Assembly: GCA_963663765.2 (NCBI GenBank)
Contig: CAXXUA010000004.1
Span: 352,001 to 416,000 of the forward strand
Direction of reading: 5' to 3'
Length of the DNA: 64,000 nucleotides
DNA from: Candidatus Poribacteria bacterium
GTDB taxonomy: Bacteria; Poribacteria; WGA-4E; WGA-3G
The notes under the pieces were generated by a model. The model did no database searches and was not told where the DNA came from. It saw only the letters and a program-made list of their open reading frames with translations. Below, piece after piece: positions 1 through 10,127 of this stretch (position 1 is the first letter of the stretch; every line of letters starts with the position of its first letter). A program made the translations under genes and the position numbers.

Positions 1-1029
1 ATCAACTTCATGCTTCTCAAACTTTCCGATGTTATGTGCGACATCATAGACAAGTTCCAGACCGAGTTCGTCCTCGCTTGTATCAAAATACTTCATAAAG
101 GTTTGACGGACGAGATGTGTGATACATTGCCGATTGTTCCATGCATAGTTTGCACTACATGCCATTGCTGTGATATAGTCTTGTCCTTCGGGTGAGTTGA
201 TCGGAGCAGAAGCGAGTTGCTTGTCAGGAAGATTGATACCGTATCTTTCTCCAACTTGAATCCAACTCTTTACGTGTTCATCGCAAATCTGATAACCAAA
301 ACCTCTTGAACCGGTATGAATCATCACACAGATGTTGCCTACATTCAAACCCATTGCATCCGCTGCTTTTTGATAAAAAATGCGATCAACGACTTGAACT
401 TCAAGAAAATGGTTACCCGAACCGAGTGTACCGAGCTGATTTTTTCCGCGTTCTAATGCTCTTTGGCTTGCAGCCTCAGCATTGGCATGTTCAAGAAATC
501 CAGTTGCTTCAGTGAATTGTAAGTCGAGTGGGTGTCCGTATTCACGTTCAATAGCCCATCTTGCTCCTTGTTCTAACATATAACGTTCTTCGTTGAGAGA
601 GAGTTGTATCTTGCCTTTAGAACCAACACCACAAGGTACATTATCAAAGAGTTCACCGATGAGTCCCTTCGTTCTACCTTCTAACTGTTGGACGTCAAGG
701 TTAGTTCGAACCAGTCGGACACCACAATTGATGTCGTATCCGATACCACCGGGTGAAACGACACCATCAGCTTTTGGATCTGTTGCTGCGACACCTCCAA
801 TCACGAATCCGTAACCCCAGTGCAAGTCTGGCATTGCGAGGGAATGTTTGACTATGCCAGGTAGATGTGCAACGTTTGCTACCTGCTGTAAAGCTTCTTC
901 ACTATTAGTTTGTTTGAGGAGTTTTTCATTCGCATATACCAGACCATCCACACGCATGCCTTTCATATAACTTTTAGGTATTCGCCATCTGTAATCGTCC
1001 AATTTTTGAAGCGTAACTTTTGTTGCCAT
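1..1029 (-). CDS. rtcB: RtcB RNA ligase (3' part runs off the window)
   Basis: Manual translation from ATG at 1029: MATKVTLQKLDDYRWRIP...AMPDLHWGYGFVIGGVAA...SPGGIGYDINCGVRL, which are the hallmark RtcB motifs. GGAG RBS upstream. Absent from the ORF track because no stop lies in the window. Confidence 0.95.
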   Translation of the reverse strand, partial: MATKVTLQKLDDYRWRIPKSYMKGMRVDGLVYANEKLLKQTNSEEALQQVANVAHLPGIVKHSLAMPDLHWGYGFVIGGVAATDPKADGVVSPGGIGYDINCGVRLVRTNLDVQQLEGRTKGLIGELFDNVPCGVGSKGKIQLSLNEERYMLEQGARWAIEREYGHPLDLQFTEATGFLEHANAEAASQRALERGKNQLGTLGSGNHFLEVQVVDRIFYQKAADAMGLNVGNICVMIHTGSRGFGYQICDEHVKSWIQVGERYGINLPDKQLASAPINSPEGQDYITAMACSANYAWNNRQCITHLVRQTFMKYFDTSEDELGLELVYDVAHNIGKFEKHEVD

Positions 1030-1048
1030 TTTTCAACTCCTATTTTGT

Positions 1049-2221
1049 TTACGTTATGATAGATAATTCTGGTAATTCTACCCATCTGCGTGTCCTCCAA
1101 GACTCCATTCCTTTTTCTGCTAATTGCACACCCTTTGCACCTTCAAGCAGTGTCCAAGGGAATGGTTCGTCAGTAACAACATGTCTAAGGAACAACTCCC
1201 ATTGTGCTCGAAATGCGTTCTCATAATTTTCCTGCTCTGGAACTTTTAACCAACCGTCATAGAAATTAATCGGTTGTTCTATATCAGGATTCCAAACAGG
1301 ACGCGGTGTGCCGGATAGCGGTTGTATCCAACAATCTCGTAAACCTGCCACTGCGGAGCCGTCCAATCCATCAACTTGTATTGTCAACAGATCATCACGT
1401 CTAACGCGCACTGCCCACGATGAATTGAAGTGTGCAATAATATCATTTTCTATATCAAAAGAAGCATAAGCAGCATCTTCTGCAGTACAAGTATACGGTT
1501 TATTCTCTTCGTCCCATCGTTGCGATAGATGTGTTGTAGCAGTACAAGAAACACCTTTCACAGCACCGAATAGGTTATCTAACACATATCGCCAATGGCT
1601 AAACATATCCAAGATGATTCCCCCTCCATCCTCTGCTCTATAGTTCCATGAAGGACGTTGCGTTGGGATAGCGTCACCTTGAAAAACCCAATAACCGAAT
1701 TCACCGCGCACTGCGATAATTTTGCCAAAAAAGTCAGCATCAATCAATCGTTTTAGTTTTCTAATACCGGGTAACCAGAGTTTGTCCTGTACTACCCCGT
1801 TTTTAAGTCCAGCATTTGCTGCTTGTTCGTATAGCCGATAAGCATCTTCTGTCTTTGTTGCAGTTGGCTTCTCACAATAGATGTGTTTTCCGGCAGCGAT
1901 TGCGGCTTCAACAGCATCAACACGTCGTGAGGTAACTTGTGCATCAAAATAGACCGGAAATGCGTCATCAGCAAGAGCAGCGTCAAGGTCTGTGCTCCAT
2001 TTTTCTACACCAGTAGCCTCTGACAACTTCTCTAATTTCGCAGGATTCCTGCCGACGAGAAACGGATCGGGTAATATCGCTTCACCTTCCCCAATTGGGA
2101 TTCCACCATCTTCTTTTATTGCCAAAATAGAGCGAATTAAGTGTTGGTTTGTCCCCATCCTACCAGTAACACCGTTCATGATGATACCAACACGATGTGT
2201 CTTTTGTGAATGATTTGTCAT
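1049..2221 (-). CDS. Gfo/Idh/MocA family oxidoreductase
   Basis: N-terminal Rossmann-like NGVTGRMG; KHIYCEKP motif; GGGIILDMFSHW. Confidence 0.9.
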   Translation of the reverse strand: MTNHSQKTHRVGIIMNGVTGRMGTNQHLIRSILAIKEDGGIPIGEGEAILPDPFLVGRNPAKLEKLSEATGVEKWSTDLDAALADDAFPVYFDAQVTSRRVDAVEAAIAAGKHIYCEKPTATKTEDAYRLYEQAANAGLKNGVVQDKLWLPGIRKLKRLIDADFFGKIIAVRGEFGYWVFQGDAIPTQRPSWNYRAEDGGGIILDMFSHWRYVLDNLFGAVKGVSCTATTHLSQRWDEENKPYTCTAEDAAYASFDIENDIIAHFNSSWAVRVRRDDLLTIQVDGLDGSAVAGLRDCWIQPLSGTPRPVWNPDIEQPINFYDGWLKVPEQENYENAFRAQWELFLRHVVTDEPFPWTLLEGAKGVQLAEKGMESWRTRRWVELPELSIIT

Positions 2222-2246
2222 TTACAATCCTTATCTGTTAAATATA

Positions 2247-2385
2247 CAGGACTTACGCTGTTCCTCTTAAAATCCCTGATAAGGGAACTTAGGGGGGTGT
2301 AAAGTTTTGGTTACTGTGCGTAGGGGCGGGGTCTCCCCACCCAATCAGAGGCTTCACGCAGGCGAGGTAACCTCGCCACTACGAT
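2247..2385. repeat. Solo MITE end (CAGGACTTACGC) followed by GTAG-type REP-like palindromes
   Basis: Same terminus as the MITEs at 13724, 26422 and 60412, with no partner end found. Followed by GTAGGGGCGGGG...CCCC and GGCGAGGTAACCTCGCC hairpins. Confidence 0.55.
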
Positions 2386-2604
2386 GTCCACAGCCCCCTA
2401 ACGTCAAGCAAACTTGATAGAAACTGGACGGACTTCTTTTAATATCAGGGTTTCTACAAAAACTTTACATACCAAACTTAGAGGGTTTTCGTAGGTCGAG
2501 TTTCGCAAACTCTACCCAACATACAGTCTAATCATACTTCTTGCGCGTAGCAGTGAAATCGCTAGCAGTCAGAAATACACACCACTTGGCATGGGTATTC
2601 CAGC

Positions 2605-2922
2605 TCAGTTTTCAAGGTTCAAGAGGGCCTCTGTAAACGCATCTACATCTAATGCTTGGGCAGCGACTCGGTGTAAATGATCCAGACGTTGCAGATTGTC
2701 AATTGTCCTGAGAAAAGGTTTTAATTTCTCTGCGACATCGGTTTGAAACCTGACCTCTAACACCGTGAGGATTGATTCAACAGCTTGTTCTTTCTTACCT
2801 TGTTCAATCCCTTGTTCAATCCCTTGTTCAATCCCTTGTTCAATCCCTTGTTCAATCCCTTGTTCAATCCCTTGCTGTATGCCGCGTTGTATCACGCTTT
2901 CGTAAACAGGTGATTCTCTCAT
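2605..2922 (-). CDS. Putative intragenic small protein (RpnS-like, 105 aa) in frame with Rpn
   Basis: Internal GGAGG-cactc-ATG (MRESPVYE...) directly before the GIEQ repeat. Confidence 0.6.
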   Translation of the reverse strand: MRESPVYESVIQRGIQQGIEQGIEQGIEQGIEQGIEQGIEQGKKEQAVESILTVLEVRFQTDVAEKLKPFLRTIDNLQRLDHLHRVAAQALDVDAFTEALLNLEN

Positions 2923-3567
2923 GAGTGCCTCCAATGTACCATCCTGAAAAAGTTCAGGTGGATGAATTAAACCCCCAAATATAGATAGGGCATATAATAA
3001 CGTACCCCGGGTGCGGCTGTCAACAGGTGCCGCTTTCGTTGTTTCTATACACCTTTCAACCCATGCTTCTGGTGCGGTCCCTGTAGGGGGTCTCATCAAA
3101 GGTGTAAATGGTAACAAACCAACAGCACCCGGATCCAAATATGACTCGCCTTCTAACTCGTAGACCCTAATCACATTATACCTAAACTGCAACCCTCCGA
3201 TGACTTCATCTCCATACATATAATGTCCAAGATCGTTTTGTCCCGCAGGGGGACGGAGATAGAAGACCGTGGAATAGACGTTCATCTCATGCTGGTGGAC
3301 GAGAAAACTCACATACGCCAGCATCCGTAACGGCATCGGTTTATCCCGACTCTCCTCCGTTTGTGCCTCTATATGCAGTATGGCTTCTTCACCTCTATCA
3401 GGTAGCGAGACCCGAAACGTCAGATCACTGTGATGTAACTTCACCGTGGGTTGTTCGGTGTTCAGAGAGTCTCTCACTCTCACTTGTTCTGTTTCCAGTG
3501 CCAACGCTGCGAGTTGATCAGGCGAATATTCTCCTAAATGTTTGAATAGTTCATCATAATGTGCCAT
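2605..3567 (-). CDS. Rpn/YhgA-like recombination-promoting nuclease (PD-(D/E)XK)
   Basis: YDELFK start; SDL...ILHIEAQT...MPLRMLAY motifs; C-terminal GIEQ repeats. Start moved to ATG at 3567. Confidence 0.85.
   Translation of the reverse strand: MAHYDELFKHLGEYSPDQLAALALETEQVRVRDSLNTEQPTVKLHHSDLTFRVSLPDRGEEAILHIEAQTEESRDKPMPLRMLAYVSFLVHQHEMNVYSTVFYLRPPAGQNDLGHYMYGDEVIGGLQFRYNVIRVYELEGESYLDPGAVGLLPFTPLMRPPTGTAPEAWVERCIETTKAAPVDSRTRGTLLYALSIFGGLIHPPELFQDGTLEALMRESPVYESVIQRGIQQGIEQGIEQGIEQGIEQGIEQGIEQGKKEQAVESILTVLEVRFQTDVAEKLKPFLRTIDNLQRLDHLHRVAAQALDVDAFTEALLNLEN
2798..2874. repeat. 12-bp coding tandem repeat (CCTTGTTCAATC, about 6 copies; GIEQ)
   Basis: Seen directly in the sequence. Confidence 0.95.
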
Positions 3568-3650
3568 GATGAGTATTATACACACCGATAAGAAAAATAT
3601 CAAGGGAATGCTTTGTCAAGGCAGAGGAATTCAATTGTCACAAAGTATCT

Positions 3651-3723
3651 TTGTTGGAGGGTTTTCCAACCCCGAATTTTCATGCGGGATATCTGAAATC
3701 GGGGTTTGAAAACGTTCCAACAA
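3651..3723. repeat. REP-like inverted pair (TTGTTGGAGGGTTTTCCAACCCCGA / TCGGGGTTTGAAAACGTTCCAACAA)
   Basis: Imperfect inverted repeat; related units at 26029-26095 and about 40707-40730. Confidence 0.65.
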
Positions 3724-3798
3724 TAGCGAAATGGGGATTAGGTAACCACTAAATTGATGCCTATTGCCCGTTTTCTAACCGTTATCAAGGGGGACGAA

Positions 3799-4248
3799 CT
3801 ACGTCTTAGGTTTGTCAGTGCATTGCGGTGCAGCACCTTCTGGTAAAGGAGGAACATCAATTCCCGCTTTCGGCAGTGTACCAGCGAGTTCCTGTTTCCA
3901 ATGGTCAACATCGCCTGCCGGTCCGTAGCAATAAACCATTTTCATCGGTGTGTCGCTGGTATTCGTCAACTGATGAAAAACCCATGATGGAATAAAAACA
4001 GTTTGTCCAGTAGAAACTGTCTCACGTTCTTCTCCGAGACACATTTCTCCTTCACCCTCAACGATGAAGTAAATCTCTTCCTGCTCATGATTGTGCCACG
4101 GCACCTGACCACCGTTTGGTTCTAACACTACGAACCCCATGCAAAATTCATCTATCTGTATAGGAGATGCACCACCGACAAGATTTCTGGTTAATCTACG
4201 GGCAGGATATGTTCTACCCTCAATTTTATTTACATCTGCAATTAACAT
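3799..4248 (-). CDS. Cupin domain protein
   Basis: PWHNHEQEEIYFIVEGEG and FIPSWVFHQLTN cupin motifs. Confidence 0.9.
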   Translation of the reverse strand: MLIADVNKIEGRTYPARRLTRNLVGGASPIQIDEFCMGFVVLEPNGGQVPWHNHEQEEIYFIVEGEGEMCLGEERETVSTGQTVFIPSWVFHQLTNTSDTPMKMVYCYGPAGDVDHWKQELAGTLPKAGIDVPPLPEGAAPQCTDKPKT

Positions 4249-4280
4249 TGTGTTATCCTTTCCAAGTATTTTATGATGTT

Positions 4281-4850
4281 CTATTCAAAAAGTTCTGCCA
4301 CCTGACAAGAAAACCCTTCGACAACCTCCTCACCGCTGAGCGTGTCATTCCGTGTGAGGACTGTGATGTCCGTTTCAGATCGATAGACGGTCACTGTTTT
4401 GGAGCTGGGTTTAAGCACCCACACCAATTGCGTTCCTGCTTCAAGATAGGCGAATGCTTTTTCTTCAACTCTGGATGATGCATCTGTCGGGGAGACAACT
4501 TCAACAGCAAGATCCGGTGGGATTGGCGATGACTTGCTAATATTTTCTGGAATGTGAGTGTTCGAAAGAAACGCTATATCAGGTATGAGTACACGTTCAC
4601 CTACCTGAAAACCTGTGCTAGAAACTGAGATACATCCAATATTTTTTTCACGAACATACGTGCCTAAAAGCAAAATTAAGTTTACACTAATGAAACTGTG
4701 TTCCAATGAGGTAGGTGGCATTAGTAATAATTCTCCTTTTACATATTCATATCCTTCTAAATCGCTTTCAAGGAATTCCTCTAACGTCATTTTGGGAAGC
4801 TCAGCAGGAAGACTATCTGGCGTGATTTGATGAACTTCTTGTGCGTCCAT
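4281..4850 (-). CDS. Uma2 (DUF820) family endonuclease, copy 1
   Basis: YEYVKGEL...H...IPDIAF...PDLAVEVVSP...Y...G..LVW; AGGAG RBS before ATG at 4850. Confidence 0.92.
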   Translation of the reverse strand: MDAQEVHQITPDSLPAELPKMTLEEFLESDLEGYEYVKGELLLMPPTSLEHSFISVNLILLLGTYVREKNIGCISVSSTGFQVGERVLIPDIAFLSNTHIPENISKSSPIPPDLAVEVVSPTDASSRVEEKAFAYLEAGTQLVWVLKPSSKTVTVYRSETDITVLTRNDTLSGEEVVEGFSCQVAELFE

Positions 4851-4947
4851 TGTTTCTCCTCCTATGATGTGTAATCTCAGTTTTCTACTGTCAATTGACA
4901 GTTTTACCATAATACCATTCTACTTGCTACAGTTGGATAATTTCTAT

Positions 4948-5514
4948 CTATTCAAAAAGTTCTGCCACCTGACAAGAGAACCCATCAACTACATCTTCAC
5001 CACTGAGCGTGTCATTCCGTGTAAGTAATGTTATTTCTGTTTCAGAACGATAAACAGTTACCGTTTTGGCTCGGGGTTCCAGTACCCATACCAACTGTGT
5101 ACCTGCTTCAAGATAAGCAAATACCTTTTCTTGAATTCGGCTCAATGTGTCTGAAGGAGAGACGACTTCAACAGCAAGGTCTGGTGGAACTGGTGACACT
5201 TTGCTAATACTTTCTGGCATATTGGCTCTGGTAATAAAGGCAATATCTGGAATAAGAACACGATCCCCAACGGCAAATCCTACATCCATATAGATGTCCC
5301 CCAATTGGTTTTCTCGAATATATAAACCTAATGGTAAAAATAGGTTTGTACAAATCCTACCATGTAAGATTGATGGAGGTGCCATCGGAATTAATTCTCC
5401 TTTTATATATTCAAATCCTTCTAAATCGCTCTCAAGGAATTCCTCCAATGTCATCTTCGGTAGCTCAGCAGGAAGACTATCTGACGTGATTTGATGAACT
5501 TCTTGTGCTTCCAT
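4948..5514 (-). CDS. Uma2 family endonuclease, copy 2
   Basis: Same motifs; GGAGG RBS before ATG at 5514. Confidence 0.92.
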   Translation of the reverse strand: MEAQEVHQITSDSLPAELPKMTLEEFLESDLEGFEYIKGELIPMAPPSILHGRICTNLFLPLGLYIRENQLGDIYMDVGFAVGDRVLIPDIAFITRANMPESISKVSPVPPDLAVEVVSPSDTLSRIQEKVFAYLEAGTQLVWVLEPRAKTVTVYRSETEITLLTRNDTLSGEDVVDGFSCQVAELFE

Positions 5515-5639
5515 TGTTTCACCTCCCTTTATATCTAAACTTAGGTTTCTACTATCAATTGAAAATATTTCCCATAATACCATTCTACTTGCTACAGTTG
5601 GCCAATTTCTATCTGTTAATTCTGTCTGTTAAAAAAGTT

Positions 5640-6206
5640 CTATTCAAAAAGTTCTGCCACCTGACAGGAAAATCCCGCAACTACCTCTTCACCACTGAGT
5701 GTATCATTCCGTGTTAGAATCTTGATGTCTGTTTCAGAACGATAAACAGTTACCGTTTTGGCTCGGGGTTCCAGTACCCATACCAACTGTGTACCTGCTT
5801 CAAGATAAGCAAATACCTTTTCTTGAATTCGGTTCAATGTGTCTGATGGAGAAACAACTTCAACAGCAAGGTCCGGTGGAACCGGAGATGCTTTGCTCGG
5901 GTCAATAGGGATCCGATCTGTTGAAATAAAGGCAATATCTGGTATCAACACACGTTCACCAACCCGGAAACCTGTCTCAGAGAGAACACGCCCCAGTTGA
6001 TTTTCACGAACGTACAAGTGTAACAGAGAACTTAGGTTCACACTAATGTAGCCGTGTTCTACTGACGTAGGCACCATGGGAATTAACTCTCCTTTTATGT
6101 ATTCATATCCTTCTAAATCGCTCTCAAGGAATTCCTCCAAAGTCATCTTAGGAAGCTCAGCGGGAAGACTCTCTGGTGTGATTTGATGAACTTCTTGTGC
6201 ATCCAT
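5640..6206 (-). CDS. Uma2 family endonuclease, copy 3
   Basis: Same motifs; AGGAGG RBS. Confidence 0.92.
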   Translation of the reverse strand: MDAQEVHQITPESLPAELPKMTLEEFLESDLEGYEYIKGELIPMVPTSVEHGYISVNLSSLLHLYVRENQLGRVLSETGFRVGERVLIPDIAFISTDRIPIDPSKASPVPPDLAVEVVSPSDTLNRIQEKVFAYLEAGTQLVWVLEPRAKTVTVYRSETDIKILTRNDTLSGEEVVAGFSCQVAELFE

Positions 6207-6318
6207 TGTTTCCCCTCCTATGATGTGTAAACTTAGGTTTCTACTATCAATTGAAAATATTTACCATAATACCATTCTACTTGCTACAGTTGGACAATTT
6301 CTGTCTGTTAATAACGTT

Positions 6319-6888
6319 CTATTCAAAAAGTTCTGATACCTGACAGGAAAATCCTTCCACCACTTCTTCACCGCTGAGCGTGTCATTCCGCGTGAGTAAT
6401 GTTATTTCTGTTTCAGAACGATAAACAGTTACCGTTTTGGCTCGGGGTTCAAGAATCCATACCAACTGAGTACCTGCTTCAAGATAAGCAAATACCTTTT
6501 CTTGAATTCGGTTCAATGTATCTGAAGGAGAGACAACTTCAACAGCAAGGTCTGGTGGAATAGGAGATGCTTTACTCGGGTCAATAGGGATCCGATCTGT
6601 TGAAATAAAGGCAATATCTGGTATCAACACACGTTCACCAACACGGAAACCTGTACCAGAAACCGCAATACATCCTAACTGATTTTCATGAACATGAGAT
6701 CCTAAATAAACAGTTATTTTAGCACTAATTTTGCCATGTTCCACTGAAGTAGGCGGCATAGGAAATAACTCTCCTTTAATGTATTCATATCCTTCTAAAT
6801 CGCTCTCAAGGAATTCCTCCAAAGTCATTTTTGGTAGCTCAGCAGGAAGATTATCTGACGTGATTTGATGAACTTCTTGTGCATCCAT
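6319..6888 (-). CDS. Uma2 family endonuclease, copy 4
   Basis: Same motifs; AGGAGG RBS before ATG at 6888. Confidence 0.92.
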   Translation of the reverse strand: MDAQEVHQITSDNLPAELPKMTLEEFLESDLEGYEYIKGELFPMPPTSVEHGKISAKITVYLGSHVHENQLGCIAVSGTGFRVGERVLIPDIAFISTDRIPIDPSKASPIPPDLAVEVVSPSDTLNRIQEKVFAYLEAGTQLVWILEPRAKTVTVYRSETEITLLTRNDTLSGEEVVEGFSCQVSELFE

Positions 6889-7055
6889 TGCTCTCCTCCT
6901 TTTATAGGTTATCTTTGGTTTGTCTATAGTCAATTTACCACAAATAGAGTCCGAAATTCAACCGAATTTATATTATGATGAACATCGTTAAAAACAAAGA
7001 TGCGCGCCCTTGATAGCACGCGCACCTTTAAATATACGATATATGATGCAATTAC

Positions 7056-9689
7056 CTATGCTTTAGATTCAATGACTGCTTGCGCTGCAGCAAGACGTGC
7101 TATTGGAACACGAAACGGCGAACAAGATACATAATCGAAATCTAAGCCGTGGCAGAACTTCACGGAATTCGGTTCTCCACCGTGTTCTCCACAGATACCA
7201 ACCTTTAGATCCGGACGTGCTGAACGCCCTTTTTCACAACCGATCTCTAAAAGGATGCCAACGCCTTCCTGATCCAGAACTTGAAACGGATCGTATTCAA
7301 GCACACCATTTCTAACATAGTCATCAAGAAACTTCACAGCATCATCACGACTCATTCCGAATGTTGTCTGTGTCAGGTCGTTAGTGCCATAAGAGAAAAA
7401 TTCTGCTTCCGCAGCGATTTTGTCTGCTGTAAGGGCAGCACGCGGTAGTTCAATCATCGTACCAACAAGGTATTTAACTCGAGTACCTGTCTCCTTAAAA
7501 ACCTCCTCAGCAGTATCTACGACAACTTTACGTTGCAGTGAGAACTCATTTATATGACCAACGAGTGGTATCATGATTTCTGGGAATATCTTTATACCTC
7601 GTTTGGCAACATCCACGGCAGCTTCAAAGATAGCACGCGCCTGCATCTCGGTAATCTCAGGATATACAATACCAAGCCTGCATCCACGATGCCCAAGCAT
7701 GGGATTAAATTCATGTAGTTCTTCAACGCGTTCACGTAACTTCTGAGCATCAACATTGATTCGTTGCGATAGTTCGTTGATTTCAGATTCGTTCTTCGGT
7801 AAGAATTCATGTAGCGGCGGATCCAGAGTTCGGATGGTGACAGGATAACCAGCCATTGCTTCAAAGATACCTATGAAATCTGTTCGTTGATGTGAGAGCA
7901 GTTTCGTCAATGCTTGCTTACGTTCAGTTGTATCATCAGCAAGGATCATCTCTCGAACAGCATCAATACCTGTGCCAAAGAACATGTGTTCAGTTCTGCA
8001 AAGACCTATCCCTTCTGCGCCGAAATGTCTCGCATTTTTCGCGTCTTCAGGCGTATCGGCATTTGTCCGAATATTCAGAGAACGAACTTCATCTGCCCAC
8101 TCCATCAAGATACCGAATTGTCCACTCAGTTCAGGTTGAATCAGTGACACTTGACCTTTGAGCACATCACCTTTTGAACCGTTGAGTGTAATAAAATCTC
8201 CTTCTGAATAACGATTACCACCTGCAATAAATTCTTTTGTATCCTCATTGACAAATAGGTCGGAACACCCAGCAACACAACATTTACCCATCCCTCGTGC
8301 GACCACAGCAGCGTGACTTGTCATACCCCCGCGCGCAGTCAAGATTCCTTCTGCAGCATCCATTCCACCAATATCTTCAGGTGAAGTTTCTGTACGGACA
8401 AGAATCACTTTTTCACCTTCAGCAGCGAGTTCTTCAGCACGGAGTGCAGTAAATACAACCTTACCAACAGCGGCACCAGGAGATGCGGGTAGTCCTTGTG
8501 CAATGATTTCTACAGATGCGTCAGGATCTACGCTCGGATGTAACAACTGATCAAGATCGTTCGCCGGTATACGTGTCAGTGCAGTTTCTTTATCTATCAA
8601 TCCCTCTTCTACCATTTCAACAGCAATGCGAACAGCGGCTTGTCCAGTGCGTTTGCCATTACGGGTTTGAAGCATATAGAGTGTACCATCTTGAATCGTA
8701 AACTCCACATCCTGCATGTCATTATAGTGTTTCTCTAATTTCCGACCAATGCTAACCAATTCATCATAAGCATCAGGTTGAATATTTCTCAATTCCGATA
8801 TAGGCAAAGGTGTTCTTATACCTGCTACCACATCCTCTCCTTGCGCATTCATCAGAAATTCACCATAGAATTGATTTGCACCCGTAGATGGATTACGAGA
8901 AAAAGCAACACCCGTACCAGAACTACCCCCCATATTACCGAATACCATCACTTGAACGTTAACTGCAGTGCGTCCAAGCTCCTCAGAAATATCGTTTAGA
9001 CGACGGTATGTAATCGCCCGTTGGTTACCAGATGATTCAAACACCGCATCACGTGACATATCTAACTGACGCCGCGGTTCATCAGGAAAATCATTACCTG
9101 TTCTCTGTTTAATAACTGCTTTGAATTCACCCACAAGTTCCTTCAGATCCGATGCTTCCAACTCGGTATCTAATGTAACACCTATTGCTTTCTTCTTTTC
9201 TTCAAGGAGATGTTCAAATTCATGATGATCCACACGCATCACAACGTTGCCGAACATTTGAACAAACCGCCTATATGCATCATAGGCAAATCTCTCATTA
9301 CCAGACTTTGCGATTAATCCTTTGACCGCATCATCGTTTAAGCCCAGGTTTAAAATGGTATCCATCATACCCGGCATAGAAACTGCTGCACCAGAACGAA
9401 CTGAAAGCAGTAACGGATCTTCTGTATCACCGAATTTTGCTCCGAGCACCTCTTCCAAATTATGAAGGTTCTCAGTTATCTGTTGATCAAGTCCAGTTGG
9501 GTAGTTCTTATCATTATCGTAATAATACTTACATACTTCAGTGGAAATCGTGAAGCCGGGGGGTACTGGGATTCCCAGAGTCGTCATCTCAGCGAGATTT
9601 GCTCCCTTACCACCGAGTAAAAGACGCATCGTAGCATCACCTTCACCTTCACCACCTCCAAAGAAGTAAACATACTTGGGTTGTGTCAT
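7056..9689 (-). CDS. ppdK: Pyruvate, phosphate dikinase
   Basis: LLGGKGANLAEM; SVRSGAAVSMPGMMDT; GGMTSHAAVVARG phospho-His; GICGEHGG. GGAGG RBS before ATG at 9689. Confidence 0.98.
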   Translation of the reverse strand: MTQPKYVYFFGGGEGEGDATMRLLLGGKGANLAEMTTLGIPVPPGFTISTEVCKYYYDNDKNYPTGLDQQITENLHNLEEVLGAKFGDTEDPLLLSVRSGAAVSMPGMMDTILNLGLNDDAVKGLIAKSGNERFAYDAYRRFVQMFGNVVMRVDHHEFEHLLEEKKKAIGVTLDTELEASDLKELVGEFKAVIKQRTGNDFPDEPRRQLDMSRDAVFESSGNQRAITYRRLNDISEELGRTAVNVQVMVFGNMGGSSGTGVAFSRNPSTGANQFYGEFLMNAQGEDVVAGIRTPLPISELRNIQPDAYDELVSIGRKLEKHYNDMQDVEFTIQDGTLYMLQTRNGKRTGQAAVRIAVEMVEEGLIDKETALTRIPANDLDQLLHPSVDPDASVEIIAQGLPASPGAAVGKVVFTALRAEELAAEGEKVILVRTETSPEDIGGMDAAEGILTARGGMTSHAAVVARGMGKCCVAGCSDLFVNEDTKEFIAGGNRYSEGDFITLNGSKGDVLKGQVSLIQPELSGQFGILMEWADEVRSLNIRTNADTPEDAKNARHFGAEGIGLCRTEHMFFGTGIDAVREMILADDTTERKQALTKLLSHQRTDFIGIFEAMAGYPVTIRTLDPPLHEFLPKNESEINELSQRINVDAQKLRERVEELHEFNPMLGHRGCRLGIVYPEITEMQARAIFEAAVDVAKRGIKIFPEIMIPLVGHINEFSLQRKVVVDTAEEVFKETGTRVKYLVGTMIELPRAALTADKIAAEAEFFSYGTNDLTQTTFGMSRDDAVKFLDDYVRNGVLEYDPFQVLDQEGVGILLEIGCEKGRSARPDLKVGICGEHGGEPNSVKFCHGLDFDYVSCSPFRVPIARLAAAQAVIESKA

Positions 9690-10127
9690 CAAATTCCTCC
9701 TCTTATGTACCTTTCGTAATCTTCCTATCACCTAAATCTATGAATTTGCAGTCTTTCAATATATTGAATTATATAGCAATCTGCTGAAAAAGTCAATGCA
9801 AATCTGTGTGTGTTGTCGAGAATATATTCAGTCTTCTGTCCTGATTCTACTGAAAACTTATTCAGAAATCCCTTTACCTATATTCTACTGTCAAATCATG
9901 CGTTGTTGTAAATAGACTGAAAATGAAAATTGTTTTCCTTCACCAGAGATGTTGATTTCTAGACAGAGAAGTAAACGTACAAAAGCTTCTATTATCTTAT
10001 TCACGGAGTTCAAAAGTGGGGTCGAGGATATCGGTGGGATGTATCGGGAATTCGGTATTTTGGATAGTTCGTATTCCGCTTTCCACTAATATGAGATCGT
10101 ATAAAATATCTTCAAAGTATCATTATT

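Noticed and set aside
10-1226. Short + strand ORFs here and the many similar antisense ORFs across the window
   Set aside because: Shadow ORFs opposite well-supported genes such as rtcB, with no motifs or RBS
4281-6900. Uma2 array as a DGR or integron cassette array
   Set aside because: No reverse transcriptase or integrase nearby; differences do not appear adenine-restricted; no attC-like palindromes recognised
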